Assembly: GCA_049515895.1 (NCBI GenBank)
Contig: JBEKTQ010000021.1
Coordinates: forward strand, 32,001-96,000
Source: Candidatus Bathyarchaeia archaeon
Lineage (GTDB): Archaea > Thermoproteota > Bathyarchaeia > Bathyarchaeales > Bathycorpusculaceae
Direction: 5' to 3'
DNA: 64,000 nucleotides
The position numbers and the translations under genes were made by a program. Position 1 is the first letter of the stretch. The number at the start of each line of letters is the position of its first letter. Of the stretch, positions 18,369 through 29,060 are shown piece after piece. The notes under the pieces were generated by a model, which saw only the letters and a list, made by a program, of their open reading frames with translations, ran no database searches and was not told the origin of the DNA.

Positions 18369-18926
18369 TCATTGTTTAGCTATTTCTCTTGTCCAATTAC
18401 GTATAGCGTCTAAGTCTCTTAAGTCATAAACTCCAGCTTTTGTTTCCTTGTAACCAGCCCCCTCAAGCTTTGGCTTAATTGATGATAGAGTTTTTTTGAA
18501 GAACCATGGCATTTTGTTGAAATCATAGCATCCACCAAAGAACCCCAATGCGACTGGATTCACTTTGTATTCAACAGCTTTATCTTCAAGATATTTTCGT
18601 TTGGCATTTTCTAGCTCTTCGTTTTTCTTTTCTCCTTCCGATAGAGGATTTGCGCCACCACAAGAAACAAAAAGGGCTAACTTCTTGGTTGATAATTCCT
18701 TCTGGTGTTTTTTGAGGAAGTCTTCAGGTTCGCTGGTCCATTTACCCATTTGGATTCCACTGCCAACTATGATGAGGTCGAATTCGCTTATGCTTTGGAC
18801 TTTTTCTTTTTTGGCATCGACAATCTTGACCTCATAGCCTGCTTGTTGAAGAGTATCAGCGATAACTTCAGATGTATTCGCAGTTGCTCCATAGCGAGTT
18901 CCGTAAACAATCAAAGCCTTACTCAT
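18369..18926 (-). CDS. Flavodoxin-domain protein (HemG-like)
   Basis: LIVYGTRYGAT, IVGSGIQMGKW, ALFVSC, FFGG, DLRDLDAIRNW. Confidence 0.9.
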   Translation of the reverse strand: MSKALIVYGTRYGATANTSEVIADTLQQAGYEVKIVDAKKEKVQSISEFDLIIVGSGIQMGKWTSEPEDFLKKHQKELSTKKLALFVSCGGANPLSEGEKKNEELENAKRKYLEDKAVEYKVNPVALGFFGGCYDFNKMPWFFKKTLSSIKPKLEGAGYKETKAGVYDLRDLDAIRNWTREIAKQ

Positions 18927-19286
18927 GCTTTCCTCCCTCTGCTATTCTATTTCGTTTGTGATATATAATAAGTGATTCTCAGAAATCACAATTATTGAAG
19001 AACGGTGTGTCAAATTACTCTGGGTTTCCAATCAATCATCAAGTGCATTAAAACTGGTCCTAAAGTGTTTTTCGTGCGAAGCATCAAAAATCCCAAAGCA
19101 AAAGAAAGCGGAACTAAGTTTTGTCAACTTCAAATTCGATGGTTATTGAACAGCTTTTCTGCGGCAAAGGGTCATCAGAACTTTACAGGTGTGGAAGGTT
19201 TTTAAAGGATTGAATGCTCTATTTTCATGAGGATTTTTGAGGCGCCCACCTTTTGAGAAAGCGCTTTTTGGTGGTTAAAAATCAAC

Positions 19287-20663
19287 ATGACAGTTAAAGT
19301 AGCCTTAGTTTACCCTTATTTCCACCCGGCGAACGATAACTCAATCTTTCGTTTTCCACCGCTGGGGTTAGGCTACATAGCAGCTGCCCTGAAGAAGCAC
19401 GGTTTTGATGTGGAATTGGTGGACTGCACTTTTATGCAGTTTTCGGAAGCCGTTGAAAGGGTGAAGCGTGCCAAACCACAAATTGTTGGTTTTTACTCCA
19501 TGTTTTCGATGAAGAAAACAACGCTGGAACTGGCGGCAGCAATCAAGCGAGATTGTAAAGATGACTGCGGCTTGTTTGTGGTTGGCGGTCCAATGCCGAC
19601 TTGGTCGCCTGAAAGTTTCCTTGGCCCCTTTGATGTGGTTGCGGTGGGTGAAGGCGAGGAAACCATGGTTGAGCTTGCCAACTGCGTTTCACAGGGGATG
19701 GCTTTTTCAAGCGTTAGAGGGGTTGTATTTAAGGATGGCGACCGCGTTGTGCACACCGAGCCCAGACCCTTCATCCGCGACCTCGACAATTTGGCCTATC
19801 CGGCTCGTGAACTTTTTGATAACGACGCTTATCAGAAGTATTATCTTGACCGTTTCGGCTACTCGACGTCGTCGATGATTACGTCGCGGGGTTGCCCGTT
19901 TTCATGCGATTTCTGCAGTAGACCAATCTTCGGGGTTGACATGAGAAGCCGATCTGCTGAGAGCATTGTTGGCGAGGTGGAGCAGATTAAGTCGCTGGGT
20001 TATTCGCGAGTCTGGTTTGCTGACGACTGCTTCACCCTCAACCGAACACATCTTCTCAATGTATGCAACGAGCTGGTCCGGCGCGGAGTTGACATAGGCT
20101 GGGAGTGTCTGTCGCGTGTGGACACGATGGATGCCAAGGTGGCGGAGGGCATGAAGCGTGCTGGTTGCCTTCGCGTTTTCTTTGGCATAGAGTCAGGCAA
20201 TAACTCTGTTTTAGGCTTGATGAACAAATGCATCACAACCGAGCAGGCGAAAAGAGCGGTGTACGCCGCTAAGGCTGCGGGGCTCAAGGTCGGCGCCTTC
20301 TTCATCATTGGATACCCCGGGGAAAGCAACAAAACAGTGCTGGATACAGTGCGTTTCGCTTCGGCTTTGCCGCTTGATTACTTGTCGTTCACGTTGCCTT
20401 ACCCGATTCCTGGAACCCCGCTGTACGAACGGGTTAAAGGCAAAGGGGTTGCGATTGATGATTGGGAAGAGCCGAAAAATTACCGTTTGATTAGGCACAA
20501 GCTGCTTTATGCTTCTGGCTTTAGCGAGAGTAAGTTGAAGTTTGCTATTGGGAAAGCGCACGCGCAGTTTTACGGACGAAAGTACTTGGGAAAAGCGGGC
20601 TACAGCATTTTGGGGAAACCCTTTGAACGTTTAACTGACGCCACATTTGAAATTATGCTTTAG
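19287..20663 (+). CDS. B12-binding radical SAM protein
   Basis: PPLGLGYIAA, VVGGP, GEGEET, TSRGCPFSCDFC, FADDCFT, GIESG. Confidence 0.92.
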   Translation: MTVKVALVYPYFHPANDNSIFRFPPLGLGYIAAALKKHGFDVELVDCTFMQFSEAVERVKRAKPQIVGFYSMFSMKKTTLELAAAIKRDCKDDCGLFVVGGPMPTWSPESFLGPFDVVAVGEGEETMVELANCVSQGMAFSSVRGVVFKDGDRVVHTEPRPFIRDLDNLAYPARELFDNDAYQKYYLDRFGYSTSSMITSRGCPFSCDFCSRPIFGVDMRSRSAESIVGEVEQIKSLGYSRVWFADDCFTLNRTHLLNVCNELVRRGVDIGWECLSRVDTMDAKVAEGMKRAGCLRVFFGIESGNNSVLGLMNKCITTEQAKRAVYAAKAAGLKVGAFFIIGYPGESNKTVLDTVRFASALPLDYLSFTLPYPIPGTPLYERVKGKGVAIDDWEEPKNYRLIRHKLLYASGFSESKLKFAIGKAHAQFYGRKYLGKAGYSILGKPFERLTDATFEIML

Positions 20664-20761
20664 CTTTCCACCTAAAATTTTCCAAGAAAGAACTGCTAAA
20701 AACTGGTCGGAGACATTTAGCTTCAATTAGCCATAAGGTTAATGTTGCCTGCCATCCAAGA

Positions 20762-21274
20762 TTGCACCAGATGCAGAAATCAATCTTGGTGCCCGCCTGC
20801 ATAAGCTCAATCCGAATCGCAGTCCTGCCTCTCTGGTTCTACCTTTACAATTCAGGAAACATCGTCCTGTGCTTGGCTGTGTTCGCTGCCGCAGCATTCA
20901 CAGACCTTATTGATGGTTTCTTGGCGCGAAGATTGAAGGGGAGCACTAGGTTTGGCGCCTACTACGATGCCGCAACCGACTTTGCCTTCGTGATTGGCAT
21001 TTTCACGTTTTTCAGTTTGAAAGGTTTCTACCCGGTTTGGCTGCTGCTTCTCATAACCGTGTCGTTCGCCCAATTCATCGCTTCAAGCGTCTACGCCAAA
21101 AAACTTCACGATCCTATCGGCAGATTCACGGGTAGTGCGCTGTACATAGGTGTCGTGTTAACGCTTGTCATTCCTTCAAAGGCAACATTCAGCTTCGTAG
21201 AATACGCTTTCTTTGGATTTTTCTTATTGTCGCTTGCGAGCCGCGCTGTAAGCTTTGCCAAAAAACCCGCTTAA
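20762..21274 (+). CDS. CDP-alcohol phosphatidyltransferase family protein
   Basis: TDLIDGFLARR...FGAYYDAATD signature. Confidence 0.88.
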   Translation: MHQMQKSILVPACISSIRIAVLPLWFYLYNSGNIVLCLAVFAAAAFTDLIDGFLARRLKGSTRFGAYYDAATDFAFVIGIFTFFSLKGFYPVWLLLLITVSFAQFIASSVYAKKLHDPIGRFTGSALYIGVVLTLVIPSKATFSFVEYAFFGFFLLSLASRAVSFAKKPA

Positions 21275-21536
21275 AACAGCATTTGCAACTAGCTTTTGTT
21301 TAGGTGATTTTTTGTTTGCTCATGCATGCTACACTGCGGTCAAAATAGACAAAACGAAAAGAAGCATCTAGATGAGCAAAATAGGGAACTAACGAACCAT
21401 TTTTCATGTGCCCCAATGTTTTTCATCCAAGCATTTTGAAAACTGAAATTCAAGAACTCTCAAACTAAGAATAAAGAAAGGATTTTTGCATCCCTTCTTT
21501 TGACTCTTTACCTGCAACTACAAGCGAAGGATTTTC

Positions 21537-21992
21537 TTAGGTTTTCTTAGGCTTTCTAAGCATTGAACCAGCATAAAGCCCGATGAAACTAACCACTAAC
21601 CCAACGACAAAGTCAACCGTTATCACAAGTGCTGCATAAGCTGACCAATCATGATTTGTCCAACCACTAGTTTTGAACATGCTCGTTATAGAGTCCTTGA
21701 ACCAAGGGCTCGCTAAGGGATTGGCGATCCAAATCCCGAGGAAGAACATCAGCGTAAAAGCAGACAAGACAACAATACTGCCAATTGTTCTAATTCTCGA
21801 CTCGTCCTGAATCTTTAGCGCAAACACGAAGCCGACAATTAATGAAGCCACCAGCCACGCAATAATATAAGCAAGCAGGTCACTCATCGAGTTAGAGTTT
21901 AGTGGAATAAACGCAACCAGCAAGATAGCGTCAAGCGCTAAGCCAATGAGAACTAAAGAAGCCGTTGCCATAACCACATCACTGAATTTCAA
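21537..21992 (-). CDS. Four-TM membrane protein
   Basis: Hydrophobic helices; TTG start at 21992 after SD GGAGGTGA. Confidence 0.75.
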   Translation of the reverse strand: MKFSDVVMATASLVLIGLALDAILLVAFIPLNSNSMSDLLAYIIAWLVASLIVGFVFALKIQDESRIRTIGSIVVLSAFTLMFFLGIWIANPLASPWFKDSITSMFKTSGWTNHDWSAYAALVITVDFVVGLVVSFIGLYAGSMLRKPKKT

Positions 21993-22406
21993 ACAATCAC
22001 CTCCTCCCAAGCTGAAATGCAAAAATACTATTTTCTTGTTATTAGCTTAAATAATTTGTGATGTCGATTCATTCACAGTTGTTTTTCCGTCACAAATTGA
22101 AGGTTTCATGCAATCAACATGCCGTAGTGAATCATCTGAAACCTCTACCGCAAACTTTAAACCTAAGGCTAAGCTCACACGCAAAGTGAAGTGAGAGAAG
22201 AAGCCGCTGGCAGAGGCTCATCTGACCAAGGCTATCAGACTCACACAATCGCACGCAAACAACAACCCTTGCAAAAAGTTGCATGCGACCAAAAGATCGC
22301 TATTTCTCTCCCAAGAAAACAATCGAGATTTAGCCGCCAAAAGCGGCTCACATCACTTCCAAAATTAACAGCAGACACTACAAGATAAGAATGGAGGTGA
22401 AATTGA

Positions 22407-22718
22407 GTGACGAAGTATTATGTAAAGTGGACAGTGAATCCTCTGGAAATCCCCAAAAATCCAGAAGAAAGAATGAAACTCTGGCAATCAGCTCTCGAAA
22501 TGGTTAAAGCAGACATGAAGGCTGGGATTGTCAAAGAATGGGGGTTTGCTGCTGATTCAAGTGAAGGATTCGGTATCACGGAATTCGCTAACGAAACAGA
22601 CCACGCCGCTTACGCATTAAAATGGATACCAGTCCTCAACAGTGTAGACAAACCAGTTCTTTCAGTGGACGAGTGTTTAGAGGTATTCCAGAAATTGACT
22701 ACTTCGATGAAGAAATAA
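22407..22718 (+). CDS. Small alpha/beta protein (DUF3303/GYD-like)
   Basis: Strong SD GGAGGTGA before GTG; KEWG...EGFGITE pattern. Confidence 0.7.
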   Translation: MTKYYVKWTVNPLEIPKNPEERMKLWQSALEMVKADMKAGIVKEWGFAADSSEGFGITEFANETDHAAYALKWIPVLNSVDKPVLSVDECLEVFQKLTTSMKK

Positions 22719-22848
22719 TTAAATTCACTTCCTCCTCTTTTTTTTGTGCGATATAGGTGATATGCGCGTGGATGTAAGTGGAAGAGAGAATAAGAAAACA
22801 ATTATTGAAAGATCGAAAAAACAAGTCAGAAAAGTATTTTTGGATTTG

Positions 22849-22865
22849 GGATTAAAATTTAATGA
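22849..22865. repeat. 17-bp palindrome copy C (GGATTAAAATTTAATga)
   Basis: 15/17 match, preceded by TTGGATTTG; convergent intergenic region. Confidence 0.7.
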
Positions 22866-22992
22866 AAAAAACATGGTTTTTACTTCGAAATTATTAGTTG
22901 TCGAGTCACGGAAAGATTTTTTTATGCAAGAAAGTTGGTGTGAAGCACTGAGAGAAGGAAAGATAAGGTTTAATCTTTCCCAAAAGCTGCAC

Positions 22993-23883
22993 TTAAGGTA
23001 TCGCAGAGGATTTTTGGAAATCTACGTAGTACCACAACACAGTGTTATTGATAACGGAAACTGTGCGATTTCCATTTTGATAGGGTTTTCCAACCGTGAC
23101 ATTGACCATCTTGTCCCACTGCGGCTCCACGTAAACAAGCCCCCTGTTTGTGGTGTTGAAACAGTCAAGTGCATGACTTTGGTTGCCTGGAAAATACACG
23201 AATGCGTAACCACATTCATATCCCGCTCTTAAGGCGTTGTTTCTAAAGTCAGTGGCGAAATTGACGCAGGTGTAGCTTCCTTCAATGTAAGGATGACTAC
23301 CAGTTTTGTCTGACGCGACAAACTGTTGGGCTTCAGAATAGGTTGGATTCAAAGGGCTTGCGCTGGCAACCAAAGTTGTTGCCAAAATAACCAAGAGAAA
23401 AACTGATAGACCGAGACTCCAGCATTTGCCCAAGCCTTTAGCCAGAACACGCGCTTTTTTCACAATTCTGTTAACGTTTTTTTCTCCTCTCTCGACAAAA
23501 TCAATGCGTGCTTGCAGTTGCTGCCTCAAGAAGGCTTCAAAATTGGGATTGCTTTTCAACTCGTTTACTGGTTTTCCCTTTTGAAACAGGAACCAGACAA
23601 TTAATAGAACAGCAAAAGCCGAGCAATAGAACTTCGCAACCCAAGTTGAGACCAGCAAAAGGACTAACACTCCATAAACTGGAGTCAGCAACAATATCCA
23701 CATCAGCTCAAGCAAGTTATGAGCTTGTAATAAGACAAATCCGAAAGGTGAAAGAAAAATGATAGAAGCGATAAACCACGCGAAATGTTCGCGATAGAGA
23801 GATTTGAGAATTCTGAAAAGAGTGAAGTAAACTAGCATAATAGTAAGCAAAACAGGAGGGATTGCAAGCCACAAACCCACCAT
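22993..23883 (-). CDS. Multi-pass membrane protein with C-terminal transglutaminase/papain-like domain
   Basis: N-terminal TMs; YTCVNFA...SHALDCF...VEPQWD. Confidence 0.65.
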   Translation of the reverse strand: MVGLWLAIPPVLLTIMLVYFTLFRILKSLYREHFAWFIASIIFLSPFGFVLLQAHNLLELMWILLLTPVYGVLVLLLVSTWVAKFYCSAFAVLLIVWFLFQKGKPVNELKSNPNFEAFLRQQLQARIDFVERGEKNVNRIVKKARVLAKGLGKCWSLGLSVFLLVILATTLVASASPLNPTYSEAQQFVASDKTGSHPYIEGSYTCVNFATDFRNNALRAGYECGYAFVYFPGNQSHALDCFNTTNRGLVYVEPQWDKMVNVTVGKPYQNGNRTVSVINNTVLWYYVDFQKSSAIP

Positions 23884-24056
23884 CGATTACCTTCTTGTTT
23901 AAACTTTTCGGGATTAAACTTGCTGCGTATTCCGTCAACAGCTATTGTGTCGAACTATCTCTTAGATTTATCTGATTAAGACCATTTTTTGGCTAAACCT
24001 TGATTCAATATGATGAATGCTACTTTGCGCAGCATGAACTTTGGATTTGGGTTTTG

Positions 24057-24073
24057 GAATTAAAATTTAATCT
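24057..24073. repeat. 17-bp palindrome copy D (GAATTAAAATTTAATCT)
   Basis: Preceded by TTGGATTTGGGTTTTG and followed by TTCTCTCTCG. Confidence 0.75.
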
Positions 24074-24118
24074 TTCTCTCTCGCCTATCGTCGCTGGTTC
24101 AAGATTAGGTGTTGTCAA

Positions 24119-25339
24119 TTAGGCAGTTGGAAGCAATTGATTTTTGCAGGGATCTTTTGCAAACAAGAACACAACGGCGGCTGATGCTACACCGCATATC
24201 CCAAACATGGCATATAGGATTTGAAAGTTGTTCGCGTAAAGGTTAAGCAACAAACCGCTTAAAATTAATCCCGCAATAACGCCAACGCTCCGAAACGATC
24301 CGTTCAAAGACATCATAGTGCCTCGAAAACCCGGAGCCTGTTCGAGAGCCAAACTGTTGAGACCCACAATTGACATACTGGCAAAACCTGCTGATACCAT
24401 CCACATTGCAGCAGAAGCCCACGCGTTAGGCATAAAGGCGATCAAAACTGCGAATATTCCCGAAATTGCACTTGCCACGACAGCAAGAGGTTTCCTCCCG
24501 ATTCGATTAATCAATCGCCCCCCAACTATTACACCCATAATCCCCATTGCTGAAGCGATCGAATAGAAAATCGCCCCCGTGCTCAAAGACTCATGAAAAT
24601 ACAATCTGTAAAACGACACCGCATACACAGGCGCCAAGAACGCGAAGTTAGCAAACGCGGTCCCGATTTGGCAAGCAAGCACGGATTTCTTTGACAAGAT
24701 TTGTTTAAAAGCCTCCAAGTATCGAGGCTTGTTTACAACCTCTTCTTGACATGGTTTCGAGGGAAGAGCAAAAAAGCCAAATAGCAAACTAAATACGGAT
24801 ATTGGAAGGATAACCCACAAAAGAACAGGGCGCCATCCAGCAGCATTAGTAATTAGGCTCGTCATTTGAGGCATAACCAAATTCGCAATAAATACGCCCC
24901 CCATTACTAACCCTACTGCCATTCCCTTTTTCTCCAAAGGCAAAAAATCTCCAATTAAAGCGAAAACCACAATGCCAATCATTGCTGCGCCTATTCCAAG
25001 AAAGAGACTGAAGAACAGAATAGACGCAAAATCTGGAGCGAAAAACGAACCTAAAGCTCCGACGCCAAAAAGCGCAACACCAAGCAAGAACAACGATTTA
25101 TGTTTGAACCTGACTGTCAAAAAACCCATGACAAAACCTACAATAAGACCCACAAACGAGCTGATGGTCAAAATCTGGCTTGCAGTTCCCACAGTAACTT
25201 TTAGCGACGAGGCCACGTTTACCATAGCATTGCTTAAGAAAACCTCAAATGTGAAGGTTAAGAACATGCCCAAAAGCAAGGCAGGCACGAACAATTGGCT
25301 TTTAAGACTTTTCTTAGCAGCAGACCCTTGGATGCTCAT
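24119..25339 (-). CDS. MFS transporter
   Basis: About 12 TMs; GGRLINRIGRK motif A-like; PLEKKGMAVG. Confidence 0.92.
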   Translation of the reverse strand: MSIQGSAAKKSLKSQLFVPALLLGMFLTFTFEVFLSNAMVNVASSLKVTVGTASQILTISSFVGLIVGFVMGFLTVRFKHKSLFLLGVALFGVGALGSFFAPDFASILFFSLFLGIGAAMIGIVVFALIGDFLPLEKKGMAVGLVMGGVFIANLVMPQMTSLITNAAGWRPVLLWVILPISVFSLLFGFFALPSKPCQEEVVNKPRYLEAFKQILSKKSVLACQIGTAFANFAFLAPVYAVSFYRLYFHESLSTGAIFYSIASAMGIMGVIVGGRLINRIGRKPLAVVASAISGIFAVLIAFMPNAWASAAMWMVSAGFASMSIVGLNSLALEQAPGFRGTMMSLNGSFRSVGVIAGLILSGLLLNLYANNFQILYAMFGICGVASAAVVFLFAKDPCKNQLLPTA

Positions 25340-25558
25340 GTTTTTCTATTATTTATGTAACTAATATATCAGATTATAGTAATTATGTTTGGACTTTTTA
25401 GAATTTTTATTAAGAATTGGCGCATGATTCCTGTGTTGTAGCGTGGCCTGAAAGTATCTGTATACTAAATGTTGTGATTGAAATAGGTTAACTCTTGAGT
25501 TATTCCTAAATTTGAAATAGCACTCTTATATCATATTACAGATCAGTAAATAAGTAAA

Positions 25559-28500
25559 ATGGCGCAAAATCAAAAATTGCCTTCTGAAATCCTAGCCGAG
25601 CCAATTCTGGTGGGAAGAGAAAAAGAACTTGAAGAGTTGAAAGGATGTCTAGATGAAGCTTGGTCGGGAAAAGGAGTAACCCTCTTTATTTCTGGAGAGG
25701 CTGGCGCAGGAAAAACCAGACTTACAACAGAATTCCTAAACATCGCCAAGAAAAAACAAGTAACTGTTTTAACTGGCTGGTGCCTAAGCGATGTCGCAGT
25801 CCCCTACTTTCCATTCATGGAAGCCTTTGACTCTTACACATCAAGCATAGAAGACAATGAAGTAACGATTGCTAACCAACAATTAAGTTTGAAATCATGG
25901 CTTATTAAGAACCAATCTGAAGCAAACGAGACAATTCGAAACACCTCTCCGCAGGTGTGGAAAGATCAAGTGTTTGTGGCAGTCGCTAAAGAACTGCTGT
26001 TCTTATCAACGAAAAAACCCTTGATTTTGGTTTTGGAAGACATACACTGGGCGGATTCCGCCTCTCTTTCGTTGCTTCATTATCTTGCACGCCAAGCGGT
26101 TTCTGAGAGAATTCTCATCGTAGCAACTTTCAGAAGCGAGGAACTTAATGTACGTGTTGAAGGTCATTCTAATTCCCTGTCCAAAGAACTACTTCTAATG
26201 GGACGTGAGGATCTCTACCGAGAAGTGAAACTTTCCAGTCTCACTCGGGATGCCGTTCGGAGAGTTGCTGAGAACATGTTAGGTGGATCGGTGCAGCCAG
26301 ACCTTGGGGAAAAATTAGCAGCCAACACTATGGGCAATCCTCTTTTCCTCGTGGAATCTCTAAGAATGATGCATCAACAAGGAAGCCTCGCCAAAACTAA
26401 CGGTAAATGGAGTCTGCGCGTTGATAACTTTGAAATTCCCAAAAAAGTCAAGGACGTGATACTGCGAAGATTAGAAGCCTTGAAATCCGATCAAAGACTA
26501 ATTTTGAACGCAGCATCTGTGGTGGGAGAAAAATTTGATCCTAAGTTGATCGCTGCCGTTGTTTCTCAGGATTAATGTTGGAGTTCTTACAACATTAAAT
26601 GAGATTGCAAAAACTACCCTAATGATACATTGTGATGCAAGCTGCTGCAGATTTGATCACGCAAAATCTCGAGAAATGATATACGAGGAAATTCCCCCAC
26701 TTCTGAGAAAAGAATATCATTCAAGGATTGCAAAGAAAATTGAGGCTGACCAAGAAACTGAAGGTTTCTCCATAAATGACTTGGCGTTTCATTATGATGA
26801 AGCGGGAAATAAGGAAAAAGCCGTGAAATACTCATTACAAGCGGGTCAAATTGCTCTCTCGCGATTCAGCAACGTGGAAGCCATCAAACACTTCAAATAC
26901 GTCTTGGAGAGCATCGCCCAAAATCCTGAAAACGCTGAAGCAAGAAGAACAGCTCAGGAAGGATTAGGCGACGCTTACTACGCCAACAGCGCGTTCAAAG
27001 AGGCAATGAGAACATTCGAGGATTTGGGCAAAAGCGAAACAGGCACTGTTAAGTTGCGGGCGCTCCGAAAAGCAATGGAGTGCGCATTCCAATGTATGGA
27101 TATAGCTCGTTTGATGGAGCTTGTGAAGGAAGCCGAGCCATATGCTGCCGCCGATCGTTTAGAAAGCGCAAGAGTTCTAATGAGCAGAGGCAGAGTTTAC
27201 ATAATGCGACATTTGGTAACCCTCGCCCCTGAAGATCGCATGCACGCACTTGAAGACATGAGAGCTGCTTTGCGCGTTTTTGAAGAAGAGTATTCTCTTT
27301 GGGACGCCGCTTTAGCCTTGATCGGAGCAGGGACAATGCATCCTTTGTTCGGCGAGCCTCAAAAGGGGATAGCGGAGTCGTTGCGTTCGATTGCGCTGTT
27401 TGAGGAATTGGGCGATTTTCGCTTTCAAATGGAGGCGTGCTGGGCTGCAGGCTTAGTATTTGAGCAGATGCTATTGCTTAATAATGAAGCATTGGGTGTG
27501 CTTGCGAAGATTATAGAAATTGATGAGAAAATGAAGATGGGTGATTATAATAGATTGGTTTACGCGTATGCATTCTCAGCTTCGACTCATGAGCAAATGG
27601 GTGATTGGGAAGGAGCGTTGTCTTTCAGTCTGAAAGCTCTGGAGGCGTCGAAGAAGACGGAGAACTTCATAGCTCCGGGGATTGTTTACGCCAACCTTTG
27701 TAGGGAATATGCTAGGCTTGGAGACATGAAGAATGCGGAAGAATACTTCGAGAAACTCATAAAACTGCCTCCTGAAGTACAAAAGAACATTCTTACAAAG
27801 GGGGAATTAGCTAAAGCTGTCTTTTTTGCAGGAAAGGGTCAGTGGAAGGAGTCAAACCAGTTCTTCAAAGATCACATCGAATCTTTTAAAGTGGACCAAG
27901 TCCGCGGAGATGAAGTGCGTGGAAGATTGTTCTATGCTTGGGCTCTCGAAAGGCAGGGACGATTGGAGGAAGCAAAGGTACAACTCGAGTATGTCCAGAA
28001 GTTGTATCGAGATACGGAGGAAATGTTTGCTCATGTTAGTTTGCAAGCGAATTTGATGGTGCCCAAAAAGGTAGAGGTTGGTCAGATATTTGAGGCGCGT
28101 CTTTGCATCGTTAATGTTTCCAGAGGACATGGTTTGCTGGTTAGAGTTGAAAACGATCTGCACCCCGAATTTAGAGTTAGAAACCTTCCGCAAGAGTATA
28201 CGAACAAAAACGAGTTTTTTGATGAAAAGGAAAGAAAACTTGAACCGTTCCAAGTCACGACACTCAAGGTTAAGCTGGAAGGCACAAAAACGGGTGTTTT
28301 CGACTTTAATCTGAAGGTAGTTTACAGAGATGACTTAGGAAAAATTCGAATATGCAACCCTGAGCAATATAACATCACTGTTGAACCCGAAAGTGCGGGA
28401 GTTGGAAGGCAAGAACTAATTGCGCCCAGGTCAGCAGGCAAACCTCACGTCAAAACCTCCGAAAGCGAGAAAACTGAAGCAGGACCAACTGTTATTTTGG

Positions 28501-28850
28501 ATGCAAAGTTTGAATTTGCGTCTGAACCATCAAAGATGGCCTTTGATTATCTGGTTAACGCTTTTATTGAAGATTACATGCGACGCAGAATTGCACAAGA
28601 AAAAGCTGGCTGGAGATCTTTAATGAGAATTATTACTAAGGGAAAGTTGCCGAGGTCCAGTTTGTATGGCTATGGAGGACGCAGGGGAAAAGCGTTAATT
28701 GAGTTGGAAAGTCGGGGTCTAGTTGAAGCTCGATTCTTTCCAGGCGAAAGGGGCCGCGGAGGCAAAACCCTGAAAATAAGAGTCGCTTACGAAAAAGAAG
28801 TAATAAAACGCATAGTTGATAGCAGAATAATGAACAAGAAAAATGCATAA
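25559..28850 (+). pseudogene. STAND/AAA_16 ATPase-TPR-Ig-like-wHTH protein, frameshifted at ~26572
   Basis: LVGREKE, GEAGAGKT, LEDIHWAD and GNPLF in 25559-26575; continues RFDHAKSRE, TPR repeats and a C-terminal wHTH in 26559-28850. One extra T in CAGGATTAATGTT separates the frames. Confidence 0.85.
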
Positions 28851-29060
28851 GATTATTTTGCGCTCTATTCAGTAGAATCAGCAATTATTTAACGCAATAG
28901 ACTGTTTAACGGCGTAAATGTGCTCATTCAGCTGTGATTCACATAATGATCTCTTATTTTTGGTTTTTAAGCAGTTTTTTCGGCGCTTTACTACTAGAAA
29001 AATGATTAAGTATTTTTCTAGACCCAGAACATGACAAAGATATCAGTGGAGGTGAAAAAC

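Noticed and set aside
21311-21336. GCTCATGCATGCTACAC similarity to 5953-5975
   Set aside because: Too short and low in complexity to call a repeat.
22744-23232. 162-aa + strand ORF
   Set aside because: It overlaps the better-supported minus-strand gene and runs through palindrome C; shadow ORF.
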